A stretch of DNA of 64,000 nucleotides from Octopus vulgaris (taxonomy: Eukaryota), in contig OX597814.1 of the NCBI GenBank assembly GCA_951406725.2, positions 144,832,001 to 144,896,000 on the forward strand, given 5' to 3'. Positions 55,411-64,000 of this stretch are shown here, piece by piece (position 1 is the stretch's first letter; each line of letters starts with the position of its first letter). The notes beneath the pieces were generated by a model. That model made no database searches. It had not been told where the DNA came from and saw only the letters and a list, made by a program, of their open reading frames with translations. The position numbers and the translations under genes were made by a program.

Positions 55411-58205
55411 TTCTGGAGTAATATTTGGTATAAGCCAGTAAATCGTAATGGAGATGCAATATGGTTAAAGAAAGTGGTGGAAGAAGTAGTGACTGAGAAG
55501 CAGTCAGATCTAAGACTAACTGATGCATTAATGAGTAAAGTGTTAGGAAAATGCCGAATTAGAAGGGCTCAGGATCAGATTTAGTTCAAGGGTAATGGCT
55601 AAAGAAATTCAGTAGCTTACATGTGAGGCTGTGGAAGCAAACTAAAGATTGCCTTAATGGAGGAATAATACCAGATTGAATGAATTGAGGGAGAACAATA
55701 CTCATCATGAATGATAAAAGCAAGAGTAATGCATCTAGCAACTATAGACCAATCATTTGCTTAACATTAGGTGTGGAAGCTGTTAACAGGAATGCTTTCA
55801 GAAAGCATTTACGAGCACTTGACAACCAAAATGTATTGCCAGAAGAACAGACAGGTTGCAGGAAGAAAGCTAGAGGAACGCATGATCTATTATACATAGA
55901 CAAAGCCGTTCTAAATGAAGTAAAAGCTAGAAAGAGAAATCTAACAATAGCATGGGTATATTATAAGAAAGCCTATGGCATAATCCCACACTCATGGAAA
56001 ATGAATGTTTGAGTATATTCAGTATAGCAGACAATATAAGAGAATTAATTAGCTGTAGCATGAAGAAATGGAAAGTAGATCTCTACTCAGGTGACACACT
56101 CTTAGGGAGAGCTAATATTAAAAGAGGAATTTCCCATGGGGACTCGTTGTTCCTTTTAATATTTCTCTTATCTTTGATCCGCCTCAGTTTAGTATTAAAG
56201 AAAGCAAAGGCAGGGTGTCAGTTCAGACATAGAAAGGGAAAAATTAACCATTTGCTCTACTTGGATGATCTGAAGCTTTTTAGTAAGAATGAAAAAGAGA
56301 TAGATTCTTTGATACAGACTGTGAGACCCTTCAGCAGAGTTATATGCTTAAAATTTGGCATAGATAGGTGTGTGATATTAGTCATGACAAGGGAACAGGT
56401 AGTCAACAGCGAAGGCATCCAATTATCAGATGGCCAGACGTTAAAATCCTTGAAAGGAGGAGAGAGTTATAAGTATCTAGGAGTAGTAGAATCTGACAGG
56501 GTACTAACAACAGAAGCGAAAACGAAAATTGAGGAGTACATTAGAAGGGTGAGGAAGCTAATGAAGTCAAAATTAAAAGGTCCGAATCTAGTGAAGGCTG
56601 TAAATACTTGGTTAGTATCATTACTTAGATACTCAGAAGCTTTTGTAGATTGGACAAAAACTGAATTAACAAAGCTAGACAGAAGAACTAGGAGGGAATT
56701 CAGTAGGAATGGGGGACTCCACCCAAGCGCAGGAGTAGCAAGACTATGCTTACCTAGAAGGGAAGACGGAAGAGGGTTAATATCATCAGAAAACTGCGTG
56801 GAGTTAGCTAGAGTAGATATAGACTCCTATGTAGGTAATAGTGAAGAAAGTTTATTAAAAGCTGTTTGAGTCACAGCCAGACATAGGGAAACCAAAATTC
56901 CAAACGTACCTAAAAACCAGAAAAAAGAACCGAAATGATCTGACTGGCAGGAGAAGGCTTTGTATGGTAGATTCCGATAGATGCAGCAAATTGTAGTAGT
57001 GAGACATGGTTATGGTTGCAGAAAGGAAAGCTAAAGAGGGCGATAGAAAGTTTGTTATTAGCAGCATAAGATCAAGCATTAAGGACTAATTGGATAAAAG
57101 CCAAGATAGACAGAAACAAAGTAGATTCCCAATGTAGATTATGCAAATAAAAAGAGGAAGACTTTACTCATATAGTAAGTGAATGTAGCATGTTGGTACA
57201 GAAAGAATATAAGAAAAGATATGACAATCTAGGAAGAGTAATCTATTGGGCGCTATGTAGAAAGCTAGGACTTGAACATACTAATAAATGGTATGAACAT
57301 AAACCTAGGAAGGTACTAGAAAGTAAGAAATGTAAGATATTGTGGGACTTTAACAGTCAGACTGACAGAGTAATGGAAGCTAATAAGCCTGATTTGGTAG
57401 TAGTAGATACTAAAGTCCAACCCCTCCTCAAAGCGGTAGGGTTGTGTAGACGGCAGTGTCAGAGCTATGCCGTCAGGAACTTCGGTTCCTGGTAGGGCCA
57501 TCCAAGGAGGATCGGTCTGGCACTGAGTGGTATTAGAGCCGCAGCCTGGCCAACAGGGCTCTGGTGAAAATTCCAAGAGGCATCTGATCGGCACCGGCGG
57601 CCTCGAGGTCGTTCTGTCCCTGCGTCTGTGGAGACTCCGCGGCAAACAGGGCGTCCCGTCACTCGGGATAATCATGCGGGATGTCGAGGACCGCTTGTGA
57701 ATTCAATATTCCCACGAAACGTCTATGAAATGCTAGGACCAGAAAAGAAGCCGGCTCAGCCCGTCCTGTGATAACGCCGTCACAAGTACACAAGTAAGTA
57801 GATAAAGAGACTAAAAAGTGCCAGATGATAGACTTTACAGTCCCAAATGATGAAAACATTAATATGGGACGTATAGAAAAAATAGCAAAGTACCAGGATC
57901 TAGCTATTAAATTACAGAAACTATGGAAATGCGGGTAAAATGTATTCCAGTTGTTATAGTGCACTGGGAACTATCCCTAAGGATATGAACAGATGGGTAG
58001 AGGAAAAAGGCATAAAACCCAGCTTAGTACAGATCCAGAAAATAGTGTTATTAGAGACAGGTAGGATACTAAGGAAGTTTCTTCGTATTTAAGGTTACTT
58101 TTTGTAGCCTGATAAGAGGGTTCATGGCATCTAAGGCTACCTGGTGTAACCCGATGTTAGGAATTTTTCTCTTCTAACACTCAAATCTGTTGAGTGTATA
58201 TGAAA
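55411..58205 (+). mobile_element. 5'-truncated R4/Dong-clade LINE (RT, CCHC, RLE), disrupted, ending in (TAA)n
   Basis: NYRPIICL, EQTGC, YKKAYG, GISHGDSL, HLLYLDDLKLF, YKYLG, CRLC..HIVSEC, KRYD, KPDLVVVD|KETKKCQMIDF..EKIAKYQDL. Confidence 0.93.
57410..57796 (+). mobile_element. 387-bp GC-rich non-coding retroposon-like insert with 8-bp TSD AGTAGATA (57402-57409/57797-57804)
   Basis: Removing the insert and one TSD copy restores KPDLVVVDKETKKCQMIDFTVP; it ends in a TGTGA/TCACA hairpin and a (CACAAGTA)2 tail. Confidence 0.88.
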
Positions 58206-58304
58206 ATAATGATAATAATAATCATTTCTGTTGTAGGTACATGGCCTTAAATCTTTGGGGATTTCGTCCAGTGAGCTAACGATTCTGCCAGCTCGCCACC
58301 TCAT

Positions 58305-58424
<120 letters not shown>

Positions 58425-58691
58425 AATAATAATAATAATAATCCTTGGATGGAATTTATAAATATCTTATCTTAATGGCCATTGAAAAACGGTTCCTGTA
58501 AACAAACTTAAAGGATATATATATATTTAATGTGGTTTTAGAGTCAGATTTTGGCTGCTATTTTCAGCATGGCGGTATCTCGTAGATACCCTAAATTATG
58601 ATTTTAACAATAATTATTACCTTCGAAGGTTTTTTATTTCTATGCTGGTCACTTGATAAGATCGTTATTTAATTTAAATTAACGATCTTAT

Positions 58692-58726
<35 letters not shown>

Positions 58727-58746
58727 GTCGTTTGTTCACTCTTTAC

Positions 58747-58800
<54 letters not shown>

Positions 58801-59539
58801 TAATGAACACATGTGACGTTTTCTAGCCAGGTTTTAATAGCTTGAGCCAGAAGTTGTTTTTAGGCGTGTTTTTTAAAAAAAAACTTGTCTAGAAAAACAT
58901 TTCCAATGTATGAAACTATTAACCGCTCATAACTATATTCTGTGTACATTAAAAAAGTGTTTATCTCTCACCGGATGGAGTACTTTTTTGTTGATCATAT
59001 ACCTTAACAGAAAAGGAAATGCAAACAATCTTTTTTTTTCTCTCTCTTTCTCTGTACTAGTAGACATCTGCCGTGTACAAAATACAAAGACAATAAAAAT
59101 AAGGACACATGGCATATTGTGTTCGAGTTATATCTAAAAAAAAACAAAAAAAAAACAAACAAACAGAACAGATGAGATGGTCCTGATAGGCACGTCTTTA
59201 ATGGTAGGGAAGCAAGCCTGGAATTTCTATCATTAAATATTTCTCTTCTGTTCATTGTAATTTTGAGCTTATTTTACTTTTTTTTAATATTCTAAATTAT
59301 TATAAGATAAACACGCCGTGCCTCCGTGCCACAGCACACAGTTATGAGCTCACAACGCCTTCACTAGATGGGTAATTGCTGTCCAGCTTATGAACTACTT
59401 TTATCTCCCATCTTTTTTCTCTTTCAGTCGAAACCAGTACTTATCCTTTTTTTAAAGCTTGGTATTTATTCTATCGATTCTTTTGCTGAACTGCTAGCTA
59501 ACGGTGACGTAAATACAACACCGGTTGTCAAGCGGTGAT

Positions 59540-59602
<63 letters not shown>

Positions 59603-60343
59603 ACACACGGAGGAAACAACAGTGATACGTATAAAAAATATAAAAATCAATTTGTTAACCGGGGACGTAAACACACCAACAGCGGTTGTCAAGCGGTGAT
59701 GGGGAACAAACATAGACACAAAGATATATATACACACACACATACATACATGAAGAAAACTGTAAGGTGATACCAATTTGTTATCATATAGTTTCTTATA
59801 TTAGAATATTAATAAAATACTCAGCAATTTTTTTTTAGCAGATTTAAATTCCTCTTCACCTACCGATGTTCAAGCAAACAGAAAAACAGAAGAAAAAAAG
59901 TAGAATAAGATCGAAGCAACAACTATTTACGATTAATATTTGAATGTCTGTGGCTTTATATGCATTTCTGAATATAAAGAAACATATAACCATTAAACAT
60001 TTACACATATTTGCCCATGTTTAGCATAACAGTCAGTCATGCTGTCATAGAAATAAGGAATTTATATCCGTTAATTATTTCAAGGCTTAACCAGAGATCT
60101 TGACTTCTCTCCAAAAACCATTTCTGCGCTTTCTCTCCATCTTTCAAAATGCAATACCACATACATACATACATACATACATACATACATACATACATAC
60201 ATACATACATACATACATACATACATACATACATGCATACATACATACATTCATAATACATACATACATACATATATACAGATATACAGTGTGTGTATAA
60301 TATGTATATATTCATATATATATAAATATATAGACACACATAC

Positions 60344-60391
<48 letters not shown>

Positions 60392-60606
60392 ATATATATA
60401 TATGTCTATGTATATATATATAAGTATATATATGTGTATATATATGCGTATATATATATATGTATATATATGTGTATATATATGTATATATATATATATA
60501 TGCATATATATATATATGTATATATATATGTATATGTGTATGTATATATATATATACATATATATATGTATTTATATATATATATGTATATATATATATT
60601 ATATAT

Positions 60607-60657
<51 letters not shown>

Positions 60658-61129
60658 CTATGTATCTATGTATCATATATAATGTATGCATGCATGTATC
60701 TATGTATGTGAAGAAAATGAGAATGAGAAACCGCAGAGAAAAATTTGCAACTGGCGAAGTTATTCATGTATAAACATATATTCTTCATGGATAGGATTTA
60801 TTAATATGCGTAAAGTTCTCAAGAAAAGTAATCCCGTTTCTTTCTATTCTTTTTCTTTTGCCAGTCGGATGTATATTATGGGTTATGGGTCCAAAGTTCA
60901 GCAATTGATAAGTCAGCATCTCAAAGAAGAGCTCTCTGGATGCTATTTCTGAAGGTTTAAATTATGGGCGAATTTTCCAGAAGTTGTAGCGAATATGTCA
61001 TATGCAGCAATTGCATTCGATATGAAAGTCTCTTGTGGTTTGTTAAACATTCCTCTGATGGCTGGTTGCTACGTATTTTGTGAGCTCACGAGAATATATA
61101 TATACATACATATATATATATATACACAT

Positions 61130-61202
<73 letters not shown>

Positions 61203-61651
61203 GTATATATATACATGTATATATATGTATATATATATACACATCCACACGCGCATATATATATATATATGTTTGTGTGCATAGAGATATATAAGAGCGT
61301 CTATGCACAAGAGCATCTGTTTTCATTTTGTCTAGATTAAAAGTATTTCTATAAAGCACTTTCGTATGTTAATCAAACACATTAAACTTTATATATGGAC
61401 ATGGTGTGTGAATTGACAGGTGGAGGGATCAACACGCTGAAGATAGAACAATAATCGATATAGTCCTCCATAGGCTTCCCATAACTGGCAACATGGTTTC
61501 AGATCACACCCAAGCGCAAACAGTTCGACATACACGCTCATACATACAAAAAGACGGATACGTACATACATACATACATAAATACGAAAACACTTGGCGC
61601 ACATATACAAATTTCGCTAAAATTACGTACCTACTCTTTGAAGTAGCAGCA

Positions 61652-61682
<31 letters not shown>

Positions 61683-61693
61683 TAACACACACA

Positions 61694-61726
<33 letters not shown>

Positions 61727-61938
61727 ACACACACACGCACACACACACACACACGCACGCACACGATTATGATTTATGTATATATAATGTGATATTCGTA
61801 TTTCTGAGTATTTATATACATACATTTTTTTTATATATACAGAGAGCCTATATATAAAAGACATGAACGTACACTTAATATACAAAATTATATTTATAAG
61901 TAAACGTGCATATATATACATATATACATATATGAGTT

Positions 61939-62026
<88 letters not shown>

Positions 62027-62579
62027 GCATACCTTGCAAAATTTATGCTTTTCCACTAGGTATCTATAATAGTATATGTGTGAGCGAAGAAAAGTATACA
62101 GCTTGAATAATATTTGCACACATGCATAATCTCCAGCCAGTAAACGTATACTTTCAGTATACCATTGTAGCTTCATATATTACATACATCAAATATTTCG
62201 TTTGTATGCATACAGTTTGCATGTTATAAATCTATTCTTGTTACCCCGTGAATATATTTATCAGCTACTGAGTTCATTAATCCATAAAAAGCCATTGAAT
62301 ACAATACCCAAATGCGCTTCGAATCGAACGAATGATGACACTGTGGCAGTTTTATAAGTTTGATTTACTATCTTCTGTATTCCGTTAGTTAGCTCAACGA
62401 GTCCCATTCGGCGAGCTTGGCAGTGGCACTAAAGTAGCGTCGGTGAATAACGACCGACCGCTGCCCTATAAAATGCTAAAGGTCGATTTCAGCTGAAGAG
62501 TTCAATATTATACAGCAATTAATGCAGCGGAATCAATAAAATGAAATTATTCGAGCATGCATAAATGCATACGAAGTCA

Positions 62580-62630
62580 TATACACACGTTTTTATACAT
62601 AGAATGATGCACATACACACACACGTATGT

Positions 62631-62676
<46 letters not shown>

Positions 62677-62689
62677 GTATACATATATA

Positions 62690-62730
<41 letters not shown>

Positions 62731-62781
62731 GTCTGTATACGTGTTTGTGTGCATCATTCTATGTATAAAAACGTGTGTATA
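62580..62781. repeat. Fold-back: perfect 34-bp inverted arms around a (TA)n core
   Basis: TATACACACGTTTTTATACATAGAATGATGCACA (62580-62613) against its reverse complement (62748-62781). Confidence 0.9.
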
Positions 62782-63168
62782 CTTACACACGTGTGCAAAG
62801 AAACACAAACATGTATATAAGTATATATGTATGCATATATATGGATGTATGCATATATATATACATATATATGTATGTATGCACATATATATATATATAT
62901 GCATGTATGTATGCGTATATATATGCATATATATATGTGTATGCAGATATATGTATATATATATGCAGTATGAAGGAAAAGAAGAAATAAGGTAAAAGAT
63001 AAAGAAGGACAAATAACGACAAAGAAATAAAGAGATAGAATGGAACAAGGAGACAGATGCACGCCACAATGATAAACACAAACACATTCGTACGCACAGG
63101 CACAGACACAGAACCACTTCTACACACACACAAATATATATATATATATGTATATATATAGATATATC

Positions 63169-63227
<59 letters not shown>

Positions 63228-63370
63228 TGAGACAGATAGATAGATAGAGAGTGAGAAGAAGAGAAAGAAAGTCACAAAATAGTCATCGCTCTTTGATTTG
63301 GAACTAGTAACACGTCAGTTAATATATATATATATATATATATCTGTGCACACATACATACGCATGTATA

Positions 63371-63410
<40 letters not shown>

Positions 63411-63607
63411 TACATGCATACATATATATATATACATGCATACATATATATATATATATGTGTACATACAGGCATATATTTATATGCATTCATGCATACA
63501 TACATATATATGCATACATATATATGCATGCATACATATATATATGTATACATACACATATATATGCATACATGCATACATATATATATGAATACATACA
63601 TATATAT

Positions 63608-63816
63608 ATCACCTTGATCACCTTGACCGACCAGTCCGTCGGGCGTCCATTTGACACCGATGGTCACAGCACGGTGTCCACTCTTCTCTCGATCGCGCCT
63701 TTCTCATCCACATGATCCCAATCGTCCTCCTGAAATCGTAACTCCACCGTCGTGGAGGCCTTCCGGGTGGTCGTTTCCGCTCGCGCGGATACCACTCAAC
63801 AACTTCGCAGGTCCAC
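63608..63816 (-). mobile_element. 3' end of an RTE-clade LINE inside microsatellite
   Basis: [30 protein letters not shown]...[11 protein letters not shown]; 3' tail (CAAGGTGAT)2. Confidence 0.85.
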
Positions 63817-64000
63817 ACACACACACACATATATACATATATATGTATGTATACATATATATATGTATACATATATACATTTATATATATATATATATGT
63901 ATACATATGCATACATATATATATATGCATACATACATATATATGCATATATATATACATGCATACATAATACATATATATATATATATACATATGCATG

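Noticed and set aside
55994-56869. 291-aa RT ORF as a functional gene
   Set aside because: It is a fragment of a LINE with stops and frameshifts on both sides and an insertion in the endonuclease.
59500-64000. Many YI/HT/VC-repeat ORFs here and across the window
   Set aside because: Translations of (TA)n, (CA)n and (TACA)n microsatellites.

Overview
AT-rich, repeat-saturated eukaryotic DNA, most likely intronic or intergenic. The SINE families and the microsatellite density look like an octopus (coleoid cephalopod) genome; this is my recognition and was not checked by a search. No host protein-coding gene can be supported. Almost all ORFs in the track are translations of (TA)n, (CA)n, (CAT)n or (TAA)n microsatellites, or fragments of dead transposons. 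Identifiable content: four R4/Dong-clade LINE relics next to (TAA)n, two RTE-type 3' fragments, and a Penelope-like GIY-YIG relic. There are also several mariner/maT relics and MITEs, one non-autonomous Helitron with intact termini, three tRNA-derived SINE families in many copies, fold-back palindromes and a 39-bp double-hairpin minisatellite. The strongest unannotated signal is about 10 hammerhead-ribozyme-like motifs from several distinct short elements, mostly joined to (TA)n, with recurrent core variants (CUGUNGA, CCGAAGA). The second is a 387-bp GC-rich insert with a predicted pseudoknot and an 8-bp TSD that splits the endonuclease motif of a Dong-like LINE.
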